NCBI RefSeq assembly: GCF_006345805.1
Contig: NC_043011.1
Location: forward strand, 4,154,001-4,218,000
DNA length: 64,000 nt
From: Octopus sinensis
Taxonomy: Eukaryota
Direction: 5' to 3'
Shown: positions 36,329 through 47,937 of the stretch, one piece after another
How positions within the stretch are numbered: the first letter of the stretch is position 1
How the letters are laid out: the number at the start of each line of letters is the position of its first letter
Program-made: the position numbers and the translations under genes
The notes under the pieces: model-generated
The model's database searches: none
Told to the model about the DNA's origin: nothing
Seen by the model: only the letters and a program-made list of their open reading frames with translations

Positions 36329-36631
36329 CTATCAGTATTGCCCGGCGTTGCTCGGGTTTGTAAGGGAAATAAATATATAAGCATTTTTAGAGAATTACTT
36401 CCCTTATATAATAGCAAAAAAAATGCATTAAAAATGGGAAAAAATGATGGTAAATTTTTTTTTTAATCGTAGACTCATTGTAGATGTGCGCTAATACCCA
36501 GAAGGGCTCGATATGAATCACAACTATAAGATACCCGCTTTTGGTTAAACTGCACCACAAAATGTGGGAGTAGTTAGGAATCTAAATCGTAGGAGACAGA
36601 CAGCACACAACCTCACTTTTATATATAAAGA
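36329..36631 (-). mobile_element. Non-autonomous mini-Helitron (303 bp)
   Basis: Minus 5' A|TCTTTATATATAAAAG; 3' cccgagcaacgccggg hairpin + caatactgATAG|T (CTAG with one change); A|T target. Confidence 0.8.
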
Positions 36632-36762
36632 TATCTTACAAGAAAGACAGAATAGATACTAAGCAAGGAAGTGGTGTTGTCATAATTTACAAAACAAAAA
36701 AAAATCCCTTCACAGACTGAAAGGGTGACTTTATCTGGTTTTTCTTGTATTTTTTTTTCTAG

Positions 36763-36810
36763 AAACCATAACTCGGCTACACCTTCAACATCACCTGATC
36801 ATTCAAATCA
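36763..36810 (+). other. Candidate 48-bp micro-exon
   Basis: ttcttgtatttttttttctAG acceptor and CA|GTAAGT donor; length divisible by 3; open frame NHNSATPSTSPDHSN. No homology recognised. Confidence 0.35.
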
Positions 36811-38300
36811 GTAAGTACATTGCTTTATTTTACTTATCTATCTGTTCTGTCTGTCTAAAATCTTATCTATCCGTTCTGTCTGTGTGTGTGTGTCTTCTAG
36901 GATCTCAGGCATCCTCCATCAAATTTGATATGTAGATACCAATGGTATCAGGGCGTGTATAAATCTTGAAAAAATTACAAAAATCGATTCCAGGTGAGAA
37001 TGTGATCAATAAAGCCTTGAGAACATGCATTTGTACGTGCAAGTACATTAGCTGTTGCAACCGATACTATACATATGTGAGAAGAATGCATGTTGTTTTT
37101 GTACTGCTTAAAGGCATGTTTCTTTCCTGCCAAGCTTACTGTTTAAACCATGTTTGTGTTCTCCCAGTCAACAGCTTTATCATTACTGGTACTTTAAACA
37201 CTTCAGTTGCATAGTTGTGTGAATAAAATCGTTTTTCTTTGGAAAGTCTCTTTATTTCTTCTTTTGCTGGTGTCTCAAATTTAGGTTAAATCAGTGTTTC
37301 TCAAAGAGGAGGCCTATGGGACGGATGGACAAGTTGTTTTGAGAAAATTTGGTTTAAATGTTTGACAACTCAGCACCATCCATTGGACGGGGGTGGGGGC
37401 GTTTTGCTCATATATAAATATATAATAAAATGGGCTCATAGTTATTTTATGGTGAACCAAGAAAATTTATCAAAATTTAAACTATAATAAGGAGAAAATG
37501 ATATCAAGCAGTATGAGGAATTCTGTTTCAGAAATACTGGTTGGGCAATCCCAATATAAGAATTAATTAAAATTTTTTTAGAAATATAATACAGTAGTGA
37601 GTTTGACCATTGACTATAGAATGATAACTCTATACATGTTTCTGTGTTATTAAACCTTGTTAGAGAAACATGGTGTCAAGCTTGCTACTAGATCTTAGAT
37701 AAGTACAAAACTATATGTAAGATATCAGTGGCTGAATAAAGAGCAATGCAATGACTTTGAAAAATGCCTAACAGAGGTAAAGTACCCAGGAATGGCTGTT
37801 TGTACTTCTTTGTTTGTCATCTCCGTACTGCAGATAATAATACAGTGATGACTGCTATTATACGTAGTCATGGCATGTGTATACGAGACATTGGGCTTTT
37901 GAAAGATCAATGTGACTGAACTTCAAACCAGACATTCATTTAGCATTGCTCAACCAGGATACCTTGTATGAAAGAATTGCACTGGTTCTGGTCAGTCGTC
38001 TGACCAGATGATGATCATGGTGTCTTGGTACGACCAAAGATCTATTTTATTCTCCACTACATTTTTTTTTTCAAATTTAAATCATTAGGGTATTGCTATT
38101 ACTTTTATTGTCAATTAGTATTAATCCATTGTCCATTGATTTTCTCTTCTCACTGTGCATGAAATTTTTGTTATCATTTCTTAGCTCACCACTTTTAAGT
38201 ATGATAGCACCCATTTTATTGTTTGTTTTCCATGTAGCTGGTGTTTCTGGGTATTATCTATCTATCCGTCAATCTATCTATCTATCTATCTATCTATATA

Positions 38301-38580
38301 TTAGAGGGAAACCACTATGTGGACACCCATATGCTAGAAATAGATCCGCTATGGTCTCACCACTAAGGAATGTTCTCAAGGAAAATTTAGCAAAACAACC
38401 AAAACGTAATCGAGCAAGACAAAAGAAAAAGTAATAAAAATGTGGATTATTTGAATAGTTACTTTTTCTTTTGCCTTTGGTTGTTTTGCTAAATCTTTTT
38501 CTTGAGAGCATTTCTTAGTGGTGAGACCGTAGCAGATCTATTTCTAGCATATGGGTGTCCACATAGTGGTTTCTCTCTAA
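38301..38580. mobile_element. MITE with ~100-bp terminal inverted repeats, TA-flanked
   Basis: ttagagggaaaccactatgtggacacccatatgctagaaatagatc..ttagcaaaacaaccaaa mirrored at 38478-38580. Confidence 0.88.
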
Positions 38581-39300
38581 TATATATATATATATAATAC
38601 AATTTTACTGAAACTTCAGTTTTTTTTATGCTAGACCACTGGTGTGAAATCGATGTTAATTAAAAAAATATCTAATTTCTCACCCTCATTTTAAATTTAT
38701 CTGTCTATCTATCTACCTACTTACCTACCTACCTTTTTGCTTGCATCCCTCCTTCCCTGTGTGTGTGTGTGTATCTGCATGTTCATGTGTGTGTGTGTGT
38801 TGTGTGCATATGAGTGCATGTATGTGCATACACATGTGGATGCACAAAAAAAACATAATACATAGACTGAAACAAAAATAGGCATTACTAATCCATGAAT
38901 ATACACACAAAATGCACACAAACTTAATAACATAAAATTTCAAAATCTTCCAAATTTTGACGCCAAAATTTGGCAACCAGATTGCAAATATGCATGTGCA
39001 AAAACGTTGCTACTTCAGTTTTTCCCAAAAGTCAAATACAAAGAAGATAATCATCCAAGAGTCATTCTCCTTGTTTTCTTGTTTTTATTTTTTTTTACTA
39101 AAAATTCTTGTGCGATCTCATTTTGACTTTCTGTGACTTTTCGTGTTTTGATACAAACACCAGTTTTACTTTGTGATTGAGTTGAAACATCGTTGAGCTA
39201 TTTCTAAATATGAAACCAATGGTAGCCTTAATACACAAATAAAGAATCTTTATTCACCAATGTGGTGTTGAGCACTCATTCTCATTGTTCAATATTTGCA

Positions 39301-39346
<46 letters not shown>

Positions 39347-39347
<1 letters not shown>

Positions 39348-39485
39348 GCCTGTGCCAGTGGCACGTAGAAACACTGCCAGATCAGACTGGGCCTGGTGCA
39401 GCCTTCTGGCTTCCCAGACCCCAGTTGAACCGTCCAACCCATGCTAGCATGGAAAGCGGACGTTAAACGATGATGATGATGATGA
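39347..39485 (+). mobile_element. Family B 3' fragment
   Basis: gtgccagtggcacgtagaaacactgcc..ggacgttaaac(gat)n. Confidence 0.82.
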
Positions 39486-39494
39486 GGATATGTA

Positions 39495-40327
39495 CAGTGA
39501 ATAAATTACGCAAAAAGTTGTCTAAATTATGCAAAAAGGAAACTAACATTGACATCTCATTTTAACAGATATATTTATCAAAATTACATAAAAATATCTT
39601 CAAACACTAAAGAGTAAAAATATTCAATAAAATCACCATTTGCTTCAGCTGCAGCCTCCAGATGACTTCAGAATCTCCTGAAACACTTCTGGTGAATTCT
39701 GTCATAATCCATTGCCTTCAGTTCATCTTGGATGTTATAAGGAGTTTTGTTGGTCTTTCACGCGACTGTGCCCCACACATAATAATCAAGGCAGTTGCAG
39801 TCTAGGGAGTTAGGTGTTAGGGGTGATATGATCAGATGTTAGGAGTGATGTGGTTGCCAAAATTGTCTGACAGCGATGACTGGGTTCTCCTGCTTGTGTG
39901 GCATGAGCTTGTGTTGTCAAACATAGGGTCTTCTAGCAGCCACCCTCTTGACACAGGGCAGCACTACCTCCTCTAGGCACTTGATGTGGGCCTCTGTGTG
40001 TTGAGTTTGAGGCCATATGGGAAGATGAATGGGGTCGTAATGTCGCCATCACTAGTGATCACTCCAAACACCATAATGTTGACTGGATGTTTGATTTTTC
40101 TCACTCTCAGAACATGTTTGCAAATTGCACTGTCTTCAGATTGTTTGTATTATTGGAGCTTCCAGTGTAAATGCCAAGCAGAGTGAACTGCATCATGGTG
40201 CTGTTTTTCCCACAGATGGTGCCCAGTTGGCCCTACTATACTGTGTAGTTGAAAAAATAAAAGACAAATAATGCACATGCACAAAATTAAAATTATAAAA
40301 TGATGACAGTTCACCCATCGTACCCTA
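39495..40327 (-). mobile_element. Tc1/mariner-superfamily transposon remnant (maT/DD37D-like)
   Basis: KIKHPVNIMVFGVITSDGD..PFIFP and PNSLDCNCLDYYVWGTV..TPYN..DELKA..ANGDFIE*; one end TA|tagggtacgatggg. Subfamily is inferred. Confidence 0.8.
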
Positions 40328-40724
40328 TATATATATATATATTATATATAATTAACTGATAAGGGTGAGAAAATTGGATACTAATTTAATAGTACATCCA
40401 TTTAACACCAAGTGGCCCAGTGCACAAAAAACCTGGATTATGACAAAATTTTATACTTAAATATAAGAGAGTGGTCACTAAGTGGCTCACTCTGGCACTA
40501 GAAATAGATCCGATAGGTTTCAGCCACAAAATAAATGTTTCCAATGAAAGTCAGCACGACTGTTTGCTCAAACAAACAGGGCAAATAAAAATAACAAAAA
40601 TACAGATTATTTTGGGACAATTGTTTCGCTATTAATGAATTGAATTTAATTTTACTCACAGTAATTCACTTGTAGCTCATCAGCCAAAACCATCTAAAAT
40701 ACAATTTACTCAATCGCACGCCAG

Positions 40725-40823
40725 ATTTTACCATAACGATAAATACACGTGTGGTTCAGTCGATTGCATTCGCTGCTATAATTCACGACTGAACCACACG
40801 TGTATTTATCGTTATGGTAAAAT
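40725..40823. repeat. Perfect 38-bp inverted repeat with 23-nt spacer
   Basis: attttaccataacgataaatacacgtgtggttcagtcg (40725-40762) and its exact reverse complement (40786-40823). Confidence 0.95.
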
Positions 40824-40899
40824 ATATATTATATATACACACAGATTTTTATATGTGTGTGTATATATATATATAAATTTATTCAGTTATATTATATAT

Positions 40900-40938
<39 letters not shown>

Positions 40939-40944
40939 ATCTAT

Positions 40945-41775
40945 ATATGGGTACAGCACATCACCGAATGTATAAACATGAAATACGAAAACAAAGAGTT
41001 AAATACACAAACCACAAGATAAAAATGGAAACAGAAAAAGTGAACACAGAGAACAACCCTTCTTCAGTTGTTGGTTGTCTATCTACTCCTCATTTTTAGC
41101 ATTCAAAGACAATAAAAGTCTTCAAAGACAATTCCTCCCATAAATTCTAAAATAAAATTTAGGATTTATGGAAGGTCAAAGTTGAGAACAAAAACAGGAC
41201 AGTGGAGACATACAAGGAAACCAAATGAAAACAAATATGGAGGGTTGTTAGACCAGAATGGGAGGAAAATTGTGAACGCTGGGAGAAATATTTTCTTTGC
41301 AAAAAGAAAAGATTGGAGTGAAAGAAAACGTTCAGTCCTTTGAATGTCCATGCAGGAAAAGAAAGATGGTCACGTGAGGAAAAGAAAGATGGACGATGGT
41401 CACGCATGAGCAATGAGAGAGAGAAAATGAGGGAGAGAGAGAGAGAGAGAGGGGGGAGAGACAGATAGAAAATGGTGAAAGAGGGAGGAGAGAAAAGGGG
41501 AATTGGAGAAGGATGGAGGAAGAAAACAATATAGAGTAGAGTCGCATCAAAAAGGTTAAGATAAACTTCCTTGGAAAAGGGATGCACGGCGTTGGATTAA
41601 ATAGTTATAATATAAACAATATGTATATGTATATATGGGTACAGGATGCACCAACTATGTAAACAACATGATACACAAAAACAAGCAAGTTAAATATGCA
41701 AACGAAAATGGAAACAGGACAAGTATATACAGAGAATGACCCTTCATCAGTTGTCAGCTGTCTATCTACTCCTCT
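40945..41775. repeat. Two diverged direct copies (40945-41100, 41635-41775) of an unclassified ~150-bp repeat
   Basis: Both start atgggtacag and end cttc(t/a)tcagttgt..gtctatctactcctc. Confidence 0.65.
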
Positions 41776-41792
41776 CTCTTTCTCTGTCTCTG

Positions 41793-41825
<33 letters not shown>

Positions 41826-42255
41826 GCAGTTATAATATATATATATACACACAGTTATATGTATGTAACAGTCAGTTATCTGTAAGTCAGCATATCATAT
41901 ATAAAATACACACACACACATATTGTACTGTACTATAAAATGCTATGCTATACTATACAGTTGTAATTCATGGGAATAATTTTATAATAATAAAAACTTC
42001 AGCACTGCTGTTTAAATTATGATCATAAGGTCAGGTAGATTAGTAGACAAAACCATAGAACATTATAAGAACAAATTCACCCACCCCAGCACAACAGATG
42101 CAGCACCTGTGAAATATATACAAAATTCGCATTTCATATTTTATGAGAACCAGTGCAGTCTGGTTACAAAATAAATGACTTTATGAATGTATCATCAAAA
42201 CAAACATGAAATTGAATATAACTTGTACCACACTTATCTACAAATTCTTATTTAG

Positions 42256-42566
42256 GGCACGTAAAAAGCACCATCCGATTGTGGCTGTTGCCAGCCTCGC
42301 CTGGCCCCCGTGCCGGTGGCACGTAAAAAGCACCATCCGTCCGTGGCCGTTTGCCAGCCCCGTCTGGCACCTGTGCGGGTGGCACATAAAAAGCACCCAC
42401 TACACTCACGGAGTGGTTGGCGTTAAGAAGGGCATCCAGCCGTAGAAACACTGCCAGATCAGACTGGGCCTGGTGCAGCCTTCTGGCTTTCCAGACCCCA
42501 GTTGAACCGTCCAACCCATGCTAGCATGGAAAGCAGATGCTAAATGAAAATGATGATGATGATGAT
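42256..42566 (+). mobile_element. Family B copy
   Basis: Three ggcac(g/a)taaaaagcacc heads and (gat)n tail. Confidence 0.87.
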
Positions 42567-43413
42567 TTAGCTCAATAACACCAGAATGTAAAATATCCTT
42601 ACTAGGGTAAAACTACAAGTTCATAAATAATGAAGCGTACTTGATGCAAATTATGTAACATAAAAATGTTAATATTTGTGCAGAACTGCTAAAATACATA
42701 ACTCAAACTGTTTGCATCAGATGCACATGTCCATCACTTTCTTCTCAGTTGACCATAGTAGCAGGAATGTATCCTATATAAGGTTTACAGACAATTCATT
42801 TAATAGCTGACTATATCAGCACTCAAGTTCTTTCATACATGATCACAAAGAAAACACTACTTGGCTTTCAGAGTATATTTGATAAAAGATAAAAAATAAG
42901 CCCCTTGAGGTTTGCATGCTCTGTCTTGGACTATAACACTCAAATGTAATAACAGCTAAAGATATTACAATCCATGTTTAACTGAGAAATATTATAGCAC
43001 ATCTCACACCAATTATGAACACAAAAACACATTTAATGTCAAGTTATAGACATTGTAGGAAATTTGAACTTTCTCTTTGGGAGGCAACAGATAAAGTGCT
43101 TGGGTTTCTATGCATCATATAACAATCTGTCATATTTTTTGCTTCATGAACTACAAGAAAATGCTCTGAAGATAGTTCTTTTGAAGTTCTTCAATACTAG
43201 TATGAAACTGAAGAATTAAATCTGCTACAGTCTACAGGAATCTATGCAAGTGTGTTTGAGCAAAAAAAAAAAAAATCAATTTGTCTACCACTATATGCAA
43301 ATTCTTGTAAACAGTGAAGTAAAAGTAACTGCAAGACTTATATATATGCACACATACACATGATAAGCCAAAAGTGATGCATCAAACATTTGAATTTTTT
43401 TAAAATTATGTTA

Positions 43414-43990
43414 ACCATTCTGCATGCCCACGTTCAGTGTCCGGGCATTGCTAACTTGTTGGGTTACGTTGAACAGCTGCTGTCACATGTGGGTCAGATC
43501 TGACTATTGGCCAAGTCTGTAGTGATGACTGCACCACTGACTTCCTTCAATTGGGCAGATAAGGCAGTTTTCCTTTGCCTGGTGACTATAGCAAAAGAAG
43601 TTGTTTGATGGTCAAGGTTGAAAGGCATCAGGACAGATACATTCCTCTTTGGTAGAGCTCTCATTCACTTCTTTAAGTTTCACTTGAAAAAGAAATTGAG
43701 TGGAGAGGGAAGTGCTGTCCTCCAGTGAGTTTATTGAAAGGTGGGTGAAAGTTGCGAAAATAGCAAGAGTGGATGGTACCTCTCTAAGTGTAGACCTGTG
43801 AGTTGGAGACAAGGAAATGGAGGGTGCACTTGCTCCTGGGGTTTCAGGGAAATCTTGGACAGTGGGGTTCCTTGATTATGCCTAGAGGCCTTCCAGTATT
43901 AGGAGGGCCACATCTCTATCATCCTCCCTGCCACCTGTTTTTTAAACCTTTGCATGCTATGCATATGTCCCGTGTATACTTTCTTTCTTT
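43414..43990 (+). mobile_element. L1/Tx1-type LINE ORF2 C-terminal remnant and 3' UTR
   Basis: TILHAHVQCPG..YVEQLLS..AVFLCLVTIAKEVV*WSRLKG..FFKFHLKKK/EREVLSSSEFIERWVKVAK..* (two stops, one frameshift); clade assignment from memory. Confidence 0.55.
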
Positions 43991-44169
43991 CTTGTTTTTT
44001 TTTTTTATTTCATTATAAGTAAATCCACACACTTTATGTCTGTCTTTGTATTGTCCCCCTCATCCTTCGCTCTATTCAACATTATTTTATATATTTTATT
44101 AAAGTTTAGAAGAATTGAAGAAATTCTAAAGTGTACTGAACTTATTTTGTGCATGATTTTGGCCCAACC

Positions 44170-44201
<32 letters not shown>

Positions 44202-44697
44202 CAAGATATTATGTGAATGTGTGTTGTGCACTTTATTGATTCAACAAAACAAGAGACAAAAAGGAAAAAATAGCTTTCGACCACAACATTATTGTTAGAG
44301 AAATTTTGGTAGAGCAATAACGAAATTGAGTCATCAACAGGGGAAATGTTTTTCTGGACTCTCGTGTTTTTAATCCTTCTCATGAAAACTGTTATGATAT
44401 ATGTTCATACATATTTTATAGCTATGAATATGTACATACATACATATTTACTTATAACAAAAAATATATATTCATGCATGTACAAGCAAGACATGGCATC
44501 AACTAATGTGCATGTACACCTGCATTCATATCTGCATATGTATATGTATGTGTGTTTACGTATATATGTGTGTGTGTGTGTGTGTGTATGTATACATAGA
44601 TATATATATACTGATACATATGTATGTATATGTGACTATATATATATAAGTACATACACACACACACAATCACTCACATACACATATATCGTATCGC

Positions 44698-45102
44698 TTT
44701 TACTCTTTTACTTGTTTCAGTCATTTGACTGCAGCCATGCTGGAGCACCGCCTTTAGTCGAGCAAATCGACCCTGGGACTTATTCTTTGTAAGCCCAGTA
44801 CTTATTCTATCGGTCTCTTTTGCCGAACCGCTAAGTGATGGGGACGTAAACACACAAGCATTGGTTGTCAAGCAATGCTAGGGGGACGTAAACACAGACA
44901 CACAAACACACACACACATACATATATATATATACATATATACGACAGATTTCTTTCAGTTTCCGTCTACCAAATCCACTCACAAGGCATTGGTCGGCCC
45001 AGGGCTATAGCAGAAGACACTTGCCCAAGATGCCACGCAGTGGGACTGAACCCGGAACCATGTGGTTGGTTAGCAAGCTACTTACCACACAGCCACTCCT
45101 GC
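44698..45102 (-). mobile_element. Family A SINE, full length
   Basis: Reverse match to consensus. Confidence 0.88.
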
Positions 45103-45430
45103 GCCTATATATATATATATAAAATATTACTTTTTAGTAAAATAAAGCACCATAAAGGTAGCAGTATAAATATAGAGTAGTGGTGCAACAAGGCACCAAT
45201 GTTTACTGGAAATAGCAGCCGATACATTTACAATGCTATAGTAAAACTTCAATGTGTATATACTGGCAAAGACATGTGAGGGCAGAGGTCATAAAATGTT
45301 CTGTCTTATCTCTAGGAAAAAACATTAGATAAATGGACAACCCAGAATCGGATAATCTGGTACCTAGGTTTTGGACTCATCTTATAAACTGCGAATTTCC
45401 CTGTCTAGATATTTCATACATACACACCTT

Positions 45431-45506
45431 GTCTCTGATGATGGAATACCTAGTGTACTGACATACTAGCCTATCACTAGGTATATCCCAGAAACAGCTG
45501 TAAGAC
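45431..45506 (+). ncRNA. Type I hammerhead ribozyme motif (minimal palindromic stem III, PLE-like)
   Basis: gtct CTGATGA [tggaatacctagtg..cactaggtatatccca] GAAA c-agct-g TA agac: all core bases present and stem I gtct/agac. Confidence 0.7.
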
Positions 45507-45744
45507 TTCATATTCGCCTTACCCCAATTGAATATACTAAATGACTTGAGAGGCTCATCCTAGCTTGGTTTTTGTTGTCCTTTTTCCTCTAATATAATAT
45601 ATACCTGCTAACTTGGAAGCCTAATAAAAATCCTTAGCTCCAGCCTCAGCTGTGAACTTGGAACCTAACAGATGACAAACTATAGCACTTACTCAGTGTA
45701 CCTATTCGTTTAGATCACCAGTGAACTAAACCCCTCATATTCTT

Positions 45745-45776
<32 letters not shown>

Positions 45777-45875
45777 TGCATGCATGTATGTATGTATGCA
45801 TGCATGCATGCATGTGTGTGTACTTTTGTATACACACTCAACACACATGTACTTGTGTATATATGTATGTGTGTG

Positions 45876-45907
<32 letters not shown>

Positions 45908-46187
45908 ATATAATATTTTATATATATATAATATTTTTCTATATGAATAATATTTTTGTCTTATGACTAATTCGTCTTTTGTGCTGGGCACCTGGTAGTA
46001 AATAATATTACTACCCTTCTTGTTTATATATGTATATATATATATTTCATTTAGACTCTGAGAGACAAATAACGTGGTGTAGAACTCAGTATACATATCC
46101 TTCAGAAGGAAGCATTAGTTGAGCACTGAGCAATAATTAGAAAATAAGATGACAAAGAAATAAAAAATTTGTCTTATGAACTTCATT

Positions 46188-46265
46188 AGCTTACAGCTGT
46201 TTCTGCTACAAGATGCAGTGGACTCACAGTTGAGCTGAGTAACACCTTATAGCTTTATCAGAACC
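46188..46265 (-). ncRNA. Degenerate type I hammerhead motif
   Basis: ggtt CTGATAA a[gctataaggtg..catcttgtagc]a GAAA c-agct-g TA agct; G8 replaced by A. Confidence 0.5.
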
Positions 46266-46320
46266 TCAAATTTGAAGTACAATTTATATACACACACATA
46301 TATATATGTATATATATATA

Positions 46321-46380
<60 letters not shown>

Positions 46381-47481
46381 ATGTATATATATAATGATGA
46401 TGATATTAATCAATGAATGAAGTAGATCCAGCGGAAATATACCCCAACCATAGATGACATCAGGTAGCCAAAAACTATGAATGTACTTTAGTCAACACAC
46501 TAAATGACGTATGCCCATTAGTATCAAAAATTACATGTGTGTGTATGTGTGTATACACACATATATATGCATGCATACATACATACATACATACATACAT
46601 ACATACATACATACATACATACATACATACATACATGTATACATACATACATGAGAGGAGAACTAATAGAAATTATTTTTACTACAAGTACTAAGTACAA
46701 GTGAATAAATGCCTGTGTAATTGTAAAAACAAAATTGTATTCCCTTTAGAAAATTAATGTTCTAGGGAAAATATAGTTTATCCGTGTAAGGTAATGACAG
46801 GGGATCGTAAGTATTATTACATTGGTTCATCTGCTACAACTTGGATATCTAGATTTCATGATCATTCCCATTCATTTAAGTATAGAAGGAAAAGCAATTC
46901 TACAAATCTTTGTAAGTGCATTTGAGGTTTAAAAGATAAAAACATTAAATATGATTTAAAGTGGTCCATTATTAGTTATGCACCATCGTAAAAATTGGTA
47001 ATTCTACATGTGATATTTGCCTTGAAGAACTGTATTATGTAATTACTTCTAAATTAATTTTATTGAATTTTAATGGGAGCTTTGCAATAAAATGTTGTCA
47101 TAAATTTTGAAAGATATTCAGGTATTTCAGTTCTCAATTATAATTGCTTTACATATATTATATAATAAGGTTAACTCTTCTGAAATGTCTACTGCATTTA
47201 ATAAATAGATGAATAATTGGTGTGATGTAAAATCTCTATGTTTCTAGCTGTGATAATGTAGAATTCTTATGCTTATTTTTTATTTTTTGGTTATCCAGTG
47301 ACATCACCAATATTTGAATACAAAAGTAGCCTTTTTTAGATTATATTTCTTTGTATGTTTCTAATTGTCAAAATGTAGAATTCATATTTGTTTTTTATAA
47401 TTTTATTGTCCACTGACATCACCAACAGTTGAAAACAAAAATAGTCTTTCTTAAATATGTTATATTATTATTATTATTATT

Positions 47482-47888
47482 GAGTGAGAGAGCAGTTCAT
47501 GCCATCAAAGTGACACTGGGGTAAAATATACGAAGCCTAATATACCCATCATGACTAGGCACATGCATCACAACCATATGTGCGCAACATGGTGATCTCA
47601 TATCAAGATAAACAGCACATGACCTTGCAGGTGGGGCCCAGTTAGAATTTTCTTCAGGTTGAGTAGCCCATCCCGCTCAAACGGTCCCTGAATAAGGGTT
47701 GTTTAAGGATGTTGAAAGAACCACCCATGTTTCCAGAGGTGAACTATTCAAACCCCAAAGAATCCCTCTCAACACATGGCTATGATGCACCCCCACTACT
47801 TCTGCTCGTGATCAGAGATGCACATATCGTCAGCCACTAAGGGACATGCTCAACTGGTTAAGGTCAAACAACTGACAAGCAAATCTGT

Positions 47889-47889
<1 letters not shown>
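47482..47889 (-). mobile_element. Family E repeat, (AAT)n-tailed, inside a (TAA)n tract
   Basis: Similar along its length to 58318-58745; (TAT)n on both sides. Orientation inferred from the tail. Confidence 0.75.

Positions 47890-47937
<48 letters not shown>

Noticed and set aside
37292-37539. Possible hAT/Charlie MITE (cagtgtttctcaaa ... tttcagaaatactg)
   Set aside because: Only 12/14 TIR match and the flanking 8-mers (ggttaaat, gttgggca) are not a TSD.
37993-38042. Small hairpins tctggtcag-tcgt-ctgaccaga and tcttggt..accaaaga
   Set aside because: A 9-bp stem can occur by chance in 64 kb; no terminator or ncRNA context.
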